Shown here piece after piece: positions 22,458-49,119 of a stretch of DNA of 64,000 nt. Where the stretch lies: positions 4,464,001 through 4,528,000 of the forward strand of contig CM022668.1 in assembly GCA_012295275.1 (NCBI GenBank), given 5' to 3'. The stretch comes from Chrysomallon squamiferum (lineage: Eukaryota > Animalia > Mollusca). Every line of letters starts with the position of its first letter. Position 1 is the stretch's first letter. A program made the translations under genes and the position numbers. The notes beneath the pieces are model-generated. The model was not told the DNA's origin, did no database searches, and was given only the letters and a program-made list of their open reading frames with translations.

Positions 22458-24543
22458 CGGGAGGAATTATTCAATATTTTTTCTCTCATTTGAAATAAAA
22501 CAGGTATAATGTGTAAGAGAGAACTGTTTACGGATAATATTGTACGTATGTATGTTTGGGTAAGAGTATGTGTCTGTGTGCAAGCACCGATCTACATATC
22601 TTGACATGCTTTCTGTATTTCTTTATCAAAAAACTAAATTAAGAAAAGATGTTTAATATCTTACGTTTCAGAGGAGCTTCGGAGAGAAACAAAAAAGAAA
22701 CAAAACAAAATTATTTTAATACATCAGGTAGGGAAAAGACGAATATTTTTAATGTATGTATGTTTCTATGTATGTATATTAGTATATATGTATGTATGTA
22801 TGTGTGTATGTATGTAGGTATTATGAATGGCTGTATGGATGAATGTATATAAGTATACAAATTTAAAACTATAAACGAAATGCTTCTTGAATTTATTCAG
22901 ATGACCTTCCAGAACAATACTGTATATTTCTAAACATGTTTAATATTATTATTTAGAAGAAATCCTTTCTCAAAATATGCGAAGAAATACAAAGCATCTA
23001 AGATTTCACGAAAAACATTCTTAAACAAAAGATATCCTCTGAAAACATTTTAAAACATTTCTGTAATTTTTACTGAATTCACTCGTAAATCCTTCGAGAA
23101 CAGGTATGGTGCCAAATAATGAAAATAAATATCTGACATATCTAACTGGATTTTTGTTTGCTTTGTTTGAAATCAACACAAACACAAAAAATTTCGGCTG
23201 AAACATTTACACGTAAATCTGTTGATGTATTTCTCATTAAAATTCAAAGATGTTATCGTTATCCTTAATTCAAATTATTCTATAATACTTTCAGATGGTC
23301 TTTCTCTATTTGAGTATTCTTCATGTGTTCTCTAAAGACAATACATATGGACGCGTCGATTTTTATATTTCTGAATATCGAATCCGCATCAAAGGTAACT
23401 GAAAGGGAGTTTTGTGGTGTTCTTGTTAAATAAAATATCATCTGTATTTGGAATAAAACTTTCGTATCTGTTTCCAAATGTGTGGATAGATGCTTATATG
23501 TACTAGTTATGTATATTAGTGAATGTGTGTTTGTGTCAATGTATTATCATTAATGTGCGTTCTGTATCAGATATATCTCGATGTAGTTCATGTATTTCTT
23601 AATACAGAAAACAAATTATAATAAATAACTTTTTATATCTTACCAGCTTCAGAGAGAAATAAAGAAAAAATACAAAAAGTAATCATATTAATACATCAGG
23701 TAGAAAAAAAGAAGAATATTATTAATGTACATACGTACGTAAGTATGTATCTAAATGTATACATAGTGTGGATATGTATGTAAATATGTGTATGTATGCG
23801 TAAGAGATAGACAGAGAGTAACAGAGACTTATAATGAAACATGGACAGTTAAATACACAACGAGAGAGATGATGAAAGACAGAGAGAAAGAGATTGATAT
23901 ATAGGTAGAGAGACAGATAGATAAACAGAAACATTGATACAGAGATATACACAGAGACAGTTGTAATTTTTACTTACGTAGTGCTTCGCAATCGTCCAGC
24001 TGTTTTTTCAGACAGTCAATTTTCACCAGCATCTTTTCAATTCTGAAAGATAAAAACAGCTTCATAATGTAAAAAATATTTTATGTTAAATGTGTCAGTT
24101 ATTGTTTCTGAGGAAAGAAAACAACTTGTGCAATTCACATTATTTTACTTTAGGAAAAGCTTAGATTAGAAACAACTTTTAAAGTGTATCTGTTTTATTT
24201 CGTTTCCTTTTTATTTATTAACTGATTTCTTTATTTATTTACTTATTTATTTATTAATTTGTTTGTTTCTTTGTCTGTTTGTTTCCTTGTTTTATTTATT
24301 CATTTATTTGTTACTTCTTTCTTTGTGTTTTATTATTATTATAATTGCTGATGTTGTTAGCATTATTATTCTTGATTTCGTTGTTTTTACTATTATTATT
24401 ATTATAAAGACAAAATAAGTTACTTACTTCTGACTACAGCTTTCATCCGATTCCTCATGTCCCCACCCCCAGTGTTCAAGGTGTGACTCTGCTACACTCA
24501 GACATGTTACAACCAACACGCAAATAATCAGAGAAGATTTCAT
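21318..24543 (-). CDS. Copy D, intact (MKS-type N-terminus)
   Basis: Exons 24543-24428, 24042-23978, 23646-23644 (3 nt), 22676-22665, 22142-22140 (3 nt), 21730-21612, 21323-21318. Protein MKSSLIICVLVVTCLSVAESHLEHWGWGHEESDESCSQKIEKMLVKIDCLKKQLDDCEALPAPLKPACADHSDEDSVCMSSAMCSVANGIEAVGYVCEDASELCCLP*. Confidence 0.85.
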
Positions 24544-24660
24544 TTTCAGTTTTTTCTGCTTCTTGTACTCAGGACTTTGTCGAACGATGTGAGCTGTGGA
24601 AATGCGAGACGTACTGATATTTGTTTCTTTTGTCAACGTGTACAGTGGAAAATTACACTC

Positions 24661-25090
24661 TTAATTAACTGTCCTGTTCTGCTTGGTAGCTGCATGTGCG
24701 ATTTTCTAATTTCATTGAAATCTGATAAGACAATAAATATTTATTGTTCTCAGTTTATATTTAGCTACCCACCGTTTTTCTCTTGGTTGTCTTGTGTTCA
24801 CCTTCCCTCGTAATTTACTGTCATGTTCTGTTTAATGACTGCATCTGCTCATTTTCTAATTTCAGTGAAATCTGATAAGACAATAAATATTAATTGTTCT
24901 CAGTTTATATTCAGCTACCCACCGTTTTTCTCTTGATTGTCTTCTGTTCACCTTGACTCTTAATTAACTGTCCTGTTCTGTTTAGTGACTGCATCTGTGA
25001 TTTTCTAATTTCATTGAAATCTGTTACAGACTACATCTGTTAATTGTTCTCAGTTTATATTCAGCTACTCACCGGTTTTTGTCTTGATGG
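24661..25090. repeat. 150-bp tandem repeat x3 directly upstream of copy D (x2 upstream of E at ~30477 and J at ~59241)
   Basis: Units start at ~24661, ~24811 and ~24961; each has ttgttctcagtttatat (TATAAA on the minus strand). Confidence 0.85.
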
Positions 25091-25287
25091 TCTTTGCGGG
25101 ATATAACAGAGTAAACAACTGAAGAATATCGATCTTAAAATGACACGCTTCAAATATTTCTACTATTCAACCATTTATTTCTTTATTTATTTTTATTTGC
25201 TTCTGTATTGGTTCTGTATTGTATATAATAATAATAATAATAATTATTATTATTATTAGTAGTAGTAGTAGTAGTAGCAGCAGCAGC

Positions 25288-25330
<43 letters not shown>

Positions 25331-25344
25331 ATATTATGATTATG

Positions 25345-25402
<58 letters not shown>

Positions 25403-25899
25403 TTACATTACTGTTGTTGTTGTTGTTTTTCTGGTTAATGTCATCTTGTCTCTTTATGGATAAATTTAGGATCGAAAAGTAAAAGACAGTATAATTTTTA
25501 TAATAAAGAGATACATTAAAAGGCTCGTTTTGAAATTAACAATTCAGGAAAGTATCATCGAGAATATGACAGATTATCGAAGCCAAGATGTTTTATGAGA
25601 AACCCTGATCCAGCCTAAGTTTGAGTAGAAAATTGTTGAACAGATTCAATATGAATTTATATGATCATGTAGTTTCTTATAAAGGATCACTAAAAGTGCA
25701 TGAACCAGACCCTCAAACTTCAAGTTGTCTTCCAGATTACTATAATGTGGACTTTTAGTTGATAAAACTGAAAAACTGGTTTATTAGTGACGTTTTATCA
25801 TATCAAACATGGATTGAAACTATACCTGAACTATGTCATAATGAAGTATCTTAGCTAAACGTTGATACAGAAAAATTAGAATGATAGTGTTCAAACTCT

Positions 25900-26200
25900 G
25901 TAGAAAACCAAGTGATATACTATGAACGACATTGAAATCCTAGTGATATACTTCAGCTTAGTTTGAAATCTGGTGTTACACTTCAAGTTATATTGCAGTC
26001 TTAGGGATATATCTCAACTTACTTTGAAACCCTCGTGACATACTTCAACTCACATTGAAATACGAGTGATGTACCTCAACGTATATTGAATCCTAGTGAT
26101 ATACCACACGTTATCTTGAAACCCTAGGGATATATCTTAACTTATAGTGAAATCATGGGATATACTCAACTTATACTGAAACCCTTGTGATGTATTCCTC
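25900..26200. repeat. Degenerate 30/31-bp minisatellite (tgaaaccctagtgatatacctcaacttatct)
   Basis: About 9 diverged monomers; same family as 31490-32030, 59815-60655 and 61770-62145. Confidence 0.85.
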
Positions 26201-27507
26201 TTAATATGAAGCATTATTATTATCAGTGGTTAATATAAACATTGTGTTTATTTGTATAACTGAACGTACAAGATCCTTCAAACCTTATATCATAAGCCAG
26301 TGTTTTAATGTTCCAATATATTTACATGCATAAAATGTAGACATGTGAAGATACTTGTTCTTCCACTTTAATAAATGTACATTATTCATTTGTCTTAATT
26401 TAAGTATGAGCTGAAAAATCTACTCCAAGCTTAGAAACTCGCATCCTGTAAGAGCCTGTAAGATTTCAGTTTAGTTAAAATAACAAGTTTATTCTCTGTT
26501 AATGCTCAAGAAATTGGGTCTATAAAGATTTCAGTAGTTTAGGACATCACCGTGTTTATAACTCACACTAACTGTTTTCTCTGTTCTCTAAATCCTGTTT
26601 GAAAATAATTTACTAAAATATACTGCGTGCAGTTGCTCGTAATTACATGACTGTGTGTTATTTTCTATATATAAATGTCAAAATAAATCATTTTAAGACT
26701 ACTCTCATTTTCTATAATTTCTTCGTTTTATGGAAAAATGGAAAAAAAAAAAAAAAGATAAGAAAAGACATGATGCACAAAGTAAGACTGTTATATACTG
26801 GAAATACTTAGGATGATGATAATCGTGAAAAACGTTAGGCCTACTGAAACATTGCCAGACTATTCCGAACTAACACAACCAGTTCTATCCCAGTGTCAAC
26901 AGGACGAATCAACACAGAAGAAAGGTAATATTTTTACCGAGACTCGTACTCGCTAATTTTGCAATGAGTGACAGCTGTCAAAACGGAGGCATACAAAACT
27001 AGGAAAAAGGGTGCAATGGATGTTCGTTTGACAGGACGATAGAGAGTGCCTCGTTTTCGTTTTGTGACTCGAGATCCGTGTTCTCTAGATTTTTGGTTTT
27101 TGAAAACATTTGTATCGTAACAACAGCAAAGGACATTTACCATTCAGGTTACATCATTGTAAAAACAAAATAATGAAACTTTGGGAATCCTCGTGAAAAA
27201 GACAGAAGACTTTTCTAGAAATAGCCATTTCAGTAATATTGACCATTTGGACATTTGAATAATGACGGACACTAACATTTGTGAATTTTAACAAATGTAA
27301 ATGCGAATGTTGTTTCTATTGTTGTTACTATTACACTTCGCTACAATTAACTCTAACACTACTACTGTAGAAAATAAATAAATAAATAAATAAGTTAATT
27401 TATTAATTTTAAAAGAATAAAGATAAAGAGTTATCATGCTTTCACACTTTTATTTCTTACTAATATGACTGTGTTTCCTTTTACAAGTTTCTCTCCAGAC
27501 TTTTAAC

Positions 27508-30358
<2,851 letters not shown>

Positions 30359-30837
30359 TTTCAGTTTTTTCTGCTTCTTGAAGTTACGACTTTGTCGAAC
30401 GATATGTATACTGTAAATGTGAAACTAATAAATATTTGTTTCTTTTGTCAACATGTACAGTAGAAAATTACACACTTAATTAACTTTTCTGTTCTGTTTA
30501 GTGACTGCATCTGTGATTTTCTAATTTCATTGAAATCTGATAAGACAATAAATATTAATTGTTCTCAGTTTATATTTAGCCACCCATCGTTTTTCTCTTG
30601 GTTGTCTTGTGTTCACCTCCCCTCTTAATTAACTGTCCTGTTCTGTTTAATGACTGTATCTGTGATTTTCTAATTTCATTGAAATCTGTTGCAGACAACA
30701 ACTATTAATTGTTCTCAGTTTATATTCAGCTACTCACCGGTTTTTGTCTTGATGGTCTTTGCGGGATATAACAGAGTAAACAACTGAAGAATATCGATCT
30801 TAAGGTGACACGCTTCAGATATTTCTACTATTCAACC

Positions 30838-30868
<31 letters not shown>

Positions 30869-30938
30869 TTTGGTTCTGTATTGGTTTTATTATTATTATT
30901 ATTATTAGTAGTAGTAGTAGTATTAATATTACAATTGA

Positions 30939-30976
<38 letters not shown>

Positions 30977-31489
30977 TTACATCAATGTTGTTGTTGTTGT
31001 TGTTTTTCTGGTTAAAATCATTTTGTCTCTTTATGGATAAACTGAGGATCAAAAAGTAAAAGACAGTATAATTTTTATAATAGAGAGATACATTAAAATG
31101 CTCGTTTTGAAATTAACAATTCAGGAAAGTATCATCGAGAATATGACAGATTATCGAAGCCAAGATTTTTTATGAGAAACCCTTATCCAGCCTAAATTTG
31201 AGTAGAAAATTGTTGAACAAATTCAATATGAATTTATATGATAATGTAGTTTCTTATAAAGTATCACTAAAAGTGCATGAACCAGACCATCAAACATGAA
31301 GTTGTCTTCCAGATTACCATAATGTGGATTTTTAGTTGGTAAAAATGAAATACTGGATTGTTCATGATGTTTTATCATATCAAATATGGATTGAAACTAT
31401 ACCTGAACTATGTCATAATGAAGTATCTTAGCTAAACGTTGATACAATGAAATTAGAATGATAGTGTTCAAACTCTGTTGAATACCAAG

Positions 31490-32030
31490 TGATATACTTT
31501 GAACGATATTGAAATCCTAGTGATATCCTTCAACTTATCTTGAAATCTTAGTGATATACCTCAAATAATAGTGAAATGCTAGTTATATGCCTCAAATTAC
31601 ACTGAAAGCGTGGTGATATACTCAACTTATGTTGATACCTTTGTGATATACCTCAAATTATAGTGAAACCCTAGCGATATGCCTCAACTTATTTTGAAAC
31701 CATGGTGATATACTCAGCTTATCTTGAAACCCTAGTGATATACCTCAAATTATAGTGAAACCATGGTGATATACTCAACTTATCTTGAAACCCTGCTGAT
31801 ATACCTCAAATTATAGTGGAACCCTAGCGATATGCCTCAACTTATTTTGAAACCATGGTGATATACTCAGCTTATCTTGAAACCCTAGTGATATACCTCA
31901 AATTATACTGAAACCATGGTGATATACTCAACTTATCTTGAAACCCTAGTGAAATACCTCAAATTATAGTGAAACCATCGTGATATACTCAACTTATCTT
32001 GAAACCCTGCTGATATACCTCAAATTATAG
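31490..32030. repeat. 30/31-bp minisatellite array
   Basis: Alternating tgaaaccatggtgatatactcaacttatct and tgaaaccctagtgatatacctcaaattatag monomers. Confidence 0.92.
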
Positions 32031-33230
32031 TGCATAACGCAGAAATTTGAAGACACTTCTTCTTACACTTTAATAACTCTACATTATTCATATGGCTGAA
32101 TTTAAGTATGAGCTGAAAAATCTACTCCAAGCTTAGAAACTCGCATCCTGTAAGAGCCTGTAAGATTTCAGTTTAGTTATCACACAATTTTATTCTCTGT
32201 TAATGCTCAAGAAATTGGGTCTATAAAGATTTCAGTAGTTTAGGGCATCGCCGAGTTTATAACTCACACTAACTGTTTTCTCTGTTCTCTAAATCCTGTT
32301 TGAAAATAATTTACTAAAATATACTGCGTGCAGTTGCTCGTAATTACATGACTGTGTGTTGTTTTCTATATATAAATGTCAAAATAAATAATTTTAACAC
32401 TACTCTAATTTTCTATAATTTCTTCGTGTTATGGAAAAAAGGAAAAAAAAACACAAAAAAAAAAAAAAAAACCCGATAAGAAAAGCCACGATACACAATG
32501 TAAGACTGTTATATACTGGAAATACTTAGGATGATGATAATCGAGAAAAACGTCAGGCCTACTAAAACACTGCCAGACTATTCCGAACTAACACAACCAG
32601 CTCTGTCCCAGTGTCAACAGGACGAATCAACAGAGAAGAATGGTAATATTTTTACCGAGACTCGTACTGGCTAATTTTGCAATGAGTGACAGCTGTCAAA
32701 ACGGAAGAATCCCAAAATAGGAAAATGCGTTTAATGGATGTTCCTTTCACAGGACGGTGGACAGTGCCTCGTTTTTATTTTGTGACACGAGATCCGTCTT
32801 CTCTAGATTTTTGGTTTTTGGAAACATTTGTATCGTAACAAGAGCAAAGGACATTTACCATTCATGTTACATGAATGTAAAAACAAAATAATGAAAATTT
32901 GGGAATCCTCGTGAAAAAGACAGAAGACTTTTCTAGAAATCGCCATTTCAGTAACATTGACCATTTGGACATTTGAATAATGGCGGACACTAACATTTGT
33001 GAGATTTAACAAATGTAAATGCTAATGTTGTTTCTATTGTTCTTACTACTACATTCCGCTACAATTAACTCTAATACCACTACTATAGAAAATAAGTAAA
33101 TAAATAAATTAATTAATTTATTAACTTGAAAAGAATAAAGATAAAGAATAATGATACTTTCAAGCTTTTATTTCTTACTAATAAGACTGTGTTTCCTTTC
33201 TCAAGTTTTTCTCCTGACTTTTCACCTATG

Positions 33231-34657
<1,427 letters not shown>

Positions 34658-36012
34658 CTTCGGAGAGAAACAAAAAAGAAACAAAACAAAATTATTTTAA
34701 TACATCAGGTAGAGAAAAGACGAATATTTTTAATGTATGTATGTTTGTATGTATGTATATTTGTATATATGTATGTATGTATGTGTGTATGTAGGTATGT
34801 ATGTAGGTATTATGAATGACTGTATGGATGAATGTATATAAGTATACAAATTTAAAACTATAAACGAAATGCTTCTTGAATTTATTCAGATGACCTTCCA
34901 GAACAATACTGTATATTTCTAAACATGTTTAATATTATTTAGAAGAAATCCTTTCTCAAAATATGCGAAGAAATACAAAGCATCTAAGATTTCACGAAAA
35001 ACATTCTTAAACAAAACATATCCTCTGAAAACATTTTAAAACATTTCTGTAATTTTTACTGAATTCACTCGTAAATTCTTCGAGAACAGGTATGATGCCA
35101 AACAATGAAAATAAATATCTGACATATCTAACTGGATTTTTGTTTGCTTTGTTTGAAATCAACACAAACACAAAAAAGTTCGGCTGAAACATTTACACGT
35201 AAATCTGTTGACATATTTCTCATTAAAATTCAAAGATGTTATCGTTATCCTTAATTCAAATTATTCTATAATACTTTCAGATGGTCTTTCTCTATTTGAG
35301 TATTCTTCATGTGCTCTCTAAAGACAATACATATGGACGCGTCGATTTTTATATTTCTGAATATCGAATCCGCATCAAAGGTAACTGAAAGGGTTTCAAA
35401 GTAAGTTGAGATATATCCCTAAGACTGCAATATAACTTGAAGTGTAACATCAGATTTCAAAATAAGCAGAAGTGTATCACTAGGATTTCAATGTCGTTCA
35501 TAGTATATCACTTGGTTTTCTACAGAGTTTGCTGCTAATATATATATATATTGTGTGTGTTTGTGTGTTTGTTTGTACATGTATATGTATATATGTGTAT
35601 GTATGTATGTATGTACGTATGTGTAATGTCTGCACTGTAGAAGATTCTTACAAACAAATTCTTGATTTCGATGGGATATGTTTGAAGGTTTTAATTGTTC
35701 TTTTTTTTTTTTGACCCGTTTTAATGTTACTCATATCTCGGAGATTTTAATAATAATAATAATAATAAAACAATTTATTTTGTCCTAGTCTTTTAATGGC
35801 CTATTACTCTTTTGTTGATGTACACGATGTAAAAGTGCCAATACAAGTGAGTATTTGTTTAAAATAATAAATAAATGTATTAACTCATCTAAGACCCATG
35901 CTGCTAACGAAAAAATAATTTTAGTTGACAGATTTTGTTTTTGTCGTACTTATGTCGTGACTGTTATTGTGTGTGATCGAATTTTTATTATTATTTTGTT
36001 ATTGTCGTTGCA

Positions 36013-36045
<33 letters not shown>

Positions 36046-36520
36046 AGAAACAATATTAATAATGGTATTATTGACATTATTATTGATATTATTATTGTTG
36101 CGATTATAATGTGTGATAATTGTTTCACCTTCAGATTTCTCTGTCAGTTCTTCCCAGTACACCATGTGACAGCTCGTCTGTTCGTCTCTCTGTTTTTAAA
36201 CTAATACAATTTCTATCCACTGACCTAAGACCCATGCTGCTAGCACAAAATTACTTTTATTGACAGATGTTACGATTTCTTCTTTTTAGTACGCTAAATA
36301 TGATAGTATGTAACTGAATTGTTATTATTATTGTTGTTGTTGTTGTTGTAACGGATTTTGATTTCGGTGACGATGGTGACGATATTGGTATAGATATTAT
36401 TAATGAAATATATCACAACTGTTATAATGACACTAATATGCTTTGAAACGAAAACACGACAACCACAAATAACACTAACACGTCACGTACATTGTTCGAT
36501 TACACCAGGACTCGTTTTAA

Positions 36521-36577
<57 letters not shown>

Positions 36578-37759
36578 TTCATCATCATCATCATTATTAT
36601 TATTGCCATCATTATGAGAAACACTATTAATAATGTTATTATTAATAATGGTATTAGTGTCATTATTATTGATAATATTATTGTTGTTATTATTATTACT
36701 ATTGTTGTTCTTATAATGTGTATTTATTATGTTCGATTTTATTAGTGTAATCTTTATTAGTGGAATGTCGCGTGACGTATTGAAATATCATTGATATGAC
36801 GTTGAAAAGAAAACAGGTCGTGAGAATGATTACAACGTCATTCCAGACACGTCACATTGCACGTTGTCACGTGACAGTCGCCCTAGGTTATAGAAATAAT
36901 ATTAAAGCTGAAGTAGGTCGCTCTCTCTCTCTCCATGTTTTAATTTACTTGTTTTATTTTGTCTCATTCTACTAACAGTGTAACATCACTGATTGTTTTC
37001 TTAATTCCTTAAATCCAAGTCAGAATTTCTTGAAATTTCAACATGCTTAATAATATTCATTGTTTTTAAAAAGTCACCGATAACTCAGTACTTTATTTGG
37101 TATACTCATTTCTCTCTGATTCCTTTAAAAAAAAAAAAAAAAAAAATAAATATTGATCCACCTAAGTACTGTTTATCAAAGTACACTAATAAATCACGTG
37201 ATAACCTTCCCGCTGACCGCACGAAGTAATGCCACGTGGACTGCGTCACGTGACACCTTCAGATTTCTCGGTCAGTTCTTCCCGGTACACCATGTGACAG
37301 CTCGTCTGTTTATCTCTCTGTTCTAAAATTAACAAAATATCTATCAACTGATCTGAGACCCATGCTGCTAACACAAAATTAATTTTAGTTGACAGATGTT
37401 AAGATTTCATCCTTTTATTATGGTAAATCTGATAGTATATAACTGAATTATTATTATTGTTGTTGTTGTTGTTATTATTATTATTATTCAAAACACTTAG
37501 TATGGAAGGAATGCCCAAATGCCTGAAGATTTTAAATTCGGATTTGAATATGTAATAAAATAATAAACAAAATAAAATAAAGTAAAAGTAAAAGAAACTA
37601 AATACAATAATTTGTATTACTACTACTACAGCCTATAATACTATACCTACTACCACAGGCAATTAAGAGATATAACCCAACGTAATAATATTTTCATATT
37701 TTTATTTATTATGTATCATTAACACGACTGTCTGTCCGGCGTTTCTTCAGGTTTCTGTT

Positions 37760-41630
<3,871 letters not shown>

Positions 41631-41999
41631 GGTTACTGAGTCTCGTTTTAACTTCTTTCTACGAATTCCTTACCGACTGACTTATTCTGAGAAAGGTGGA
41701 GCCGTTTATAAATGTTACTGACACGTGCGAACGTGACTCGAGAGAAAATAAATATGAAAAAAGGTCACCTATTTATTGAACTATTTTTCAAGCATTTGAA
41801 ATAAACCGTCCAGTATATTTTAATTTAAATACATCAGCTGTTACGTGTAATAAACATATTTTCTTTTTCCCTGCGTGGTTCCCTTTTTTCACCTACCACA
41901 AAACAAACTGATTTCTCTGTTTTATTTGGAAATGGGCGAAAGAAGTTTTCCTCTTTCTTTATTTATTTACTCATTTGTTCGTTCACTTTTTTCTTTTTA

Positions 42000-42046
<47 letters not shown>

Positions 42047-42139
42047 ACATTTCATTTCTGTACATTAATATTTTTCTTATTGTTCGGATTTTCATATATT
42101 GCTTTAATTCTATCGATAAACATATTATTATTTTCATGA

Positions 42140-42189
<50 letters not shown>

Positions 42190-43141
42190 GTTATTATTAT
42201 TGTTATTATTATTGTTATAAGAAACAATATTAATAATGGTATTAGTGTTGTTATTAATGACATTATTATTGTCGTTTTTAGTACTGTTGTTGTTCCTGTT
42301 ACTATAACTAGTGTTAATGATTATTTTAGATAAATATTATTAGTGTAATCTTTCATGACTCTCACGTGACTAGGTGAAACGTCACTGATATGACGTTGAA
42401 AAGAAAATAGGTCGTTAGAATGATTACAAAATTTGGGATACTAACTTTTCAACGTCATTTCAAACGCATCACGTTTCACTCTGTCACGTGACAGTCGCGA
42501 TAGGTTATGGAAACAATATTAAGTTGCAGTATATCGTTCTCTCTCCATTTTTATTTTATTTTTATATTTTTGTCTCATTCTTCACCATGTGTCACCTTCA
42601 GATTTTTCGGTCAGTTCTTCCCGGTACATCATGTGACAGCTCGTCTGTTCATCGCTCTGTTTTTAAATTAACAAAATATCTATCAACTGATCTGAGACCC
42701 ATGCTGCTAGCACAAAATTAATTTTAGTTGACAGATATTAAGATTTCTTGCTTTTATGATGGTAAGTGTGATAGTTTGTGGCTGAATTATTTGTATTATT
42801 ATTAATATTATTATTATTGTTGTTGTTGTTGTTGTTTTGTTTTTATAACGCATGTTGATCTCGATGGTTATGGTGACGATACTGGTGTGGGTATTATTAA
42901 TTAAATATATCACACCTATCACGTGACCTGTATAAGGTCATTGATACCCCAAATTACATTGACACACCACAAGTGAGTGAGTTTTACTTCAGAATCTCCA
43001 TCGTATATTATTCCATTATACCAGAACATATTTAAAATTATTATTATCATCATCGTCGTTTTCATTATTGTTGTCATCATCATTATTAATATTATTATCA
43101 TAATCATCATCATTATCATTATTATTATCATGGTGATAATC

Positions 43142-43198
<57 letters not shown>

Positions 43199-45028
43199 TA
43201 TTATTATTATTATTATTATTATCATCATCATCATTCTAAACATTTAGTGTTGGTGGAATGGCCAAATACATGAAGTTCGCATTTGAATATGTGATAAAAT
43301 ACTAAATAAAATAAAAAATAAAATAAAAGTAAAAGAAGCTAAAATATAGTAATTTGTACTGCTACTGCTAGCTCTTGTAATACTAGAGCTCATACTACAG
43401 GTACTACTACAATAATAATAATAATACAGCTTATAATACTATACCTACTACCAAAGGTAATTAAGAGAGATAGCCCAAAGTAAAAATATTTTTATAATTT
43501 TATTTATTTCGTATCATTGACATGACTGCTTGTCAAAAGAATTAAAGCAATGTATGAAGGTCTAATCAATAGGAAAATGTTAATATAACGAAATCAAAGA
43601 TAAAAAATCAAACAAAAACCCCACAAAAACCGCTAATAGAAATAAGTGAACGAACAAATGAATAAAGAAATAAAGTAAGAAAGAAAGAAAGACTTCTTTC
43701 GCCTATTTCCAGCACTAATGTTACACTATATGCATTTGTACATAAGCAGATGCGCAATGAATCATTGTCAGAGTTCATCATAGATGATAGATGGCCTCAA
43801 ATAAAACAGATACAAATTAGGAAATATAAATCATTTTATTAGATGATTTTCTTCATACCATTGCAGAAACACTTTAAATTTATGTATTTTACAATTTGAC
43901 AAAATAAATGACACCTAAGTTTGGATAAGTTTCGTTTCTGTTTTTGTTCTTTTTATTTGTATTATTGTTTATATTGTATTTTCATTTTACTATGGTTTAC
44001 TTTATTTATTTTACTTTAGATTAATTTACATTAGAAGTTCTTTCTTTCTTTCTTTATTTTTACTTTACTATTACTTACTTAACTTGTCTTCAATTTAATT
44101 TTTATTTTACTTTACGTAACGCTATTTTATAACATTTTTTATTTATTTTACTCATATAATATAATATAATATAATATAATATAATATAATATAATATAAT
44201 ATAATATTATATAATACAATATAAAGTAGTAAAGTTCAGGGTGCCAAGCCACCATAATAACATCCGTTTTCGTAGGACATTACTGTAAAGACAGAGATGT
44301 TAGAAAATGCACACACTAATCACATATACAGAGATTTTAGACTGAACAAATAAGTTAAATAAATGCTACAGAATGTAAAGAAGACTCTAGTAATATTTTA
44401 CTACTAATAATGAAGGATTGCCATGATTTTCTGCTAGTTCTACTACTACTACCACTACTGCTGTTTTCTACACCACTATTCCTACTACTACTGTAACCTC
44501 TATTAGAATTCTACTACTATTGTTGCTACTACTGAATTTATTATTGACCAATTCAGTTAGTTATTAACATCGTGTCAGAGCCTGTAAGATTTCAGTTTAG
44601 TTATCAAGTGATTTATTAAGTGATAGTGCTAAAGACATTGGGCCTAAACAGATTTCTACAGTTTAGAACGTCACCATATTTATAACTCACCCTGATTATC
44701 TGTTCTTCATGTATGTCATTTTAGACATAGCTCACGTTAGAAATTTGGAATTAAATTAACAATATAGTACACAATAGCAGTTTGTTTAAACTGCCTTTGC
44801 TGCAATTATTATTATTATTATTTTCTAAATTTAATATTGCTGATGATATTGCAAATAATACTATATGTTTCATTGTGAAAATAATTGTCTACGATACAGT
44901 GTGCATTTCTCAGTAGCCTAATTACAAGACAGTGTCTCAGTTTTTACACGTAAATGCTAAAGCAAATAATCTTACGAAAATAATTATTGCTACTAATTTA
45001 ATCTTACTTTAAAAATAAAATAATAATG

Positions 45029-45080
<52 letters not shown>

Positions 45081-45191
45081 TAATAAATTTATAAATTATT
45101 TAATAGAAAATTAAAATAAAGAGAAGTAATATTTTCACATTTTTATTGATTTCTTATCATTAACATCACTGAATTTTCTTTCTGCAGTCTT

Positions 45192-49119
<3,928 letters not shown>

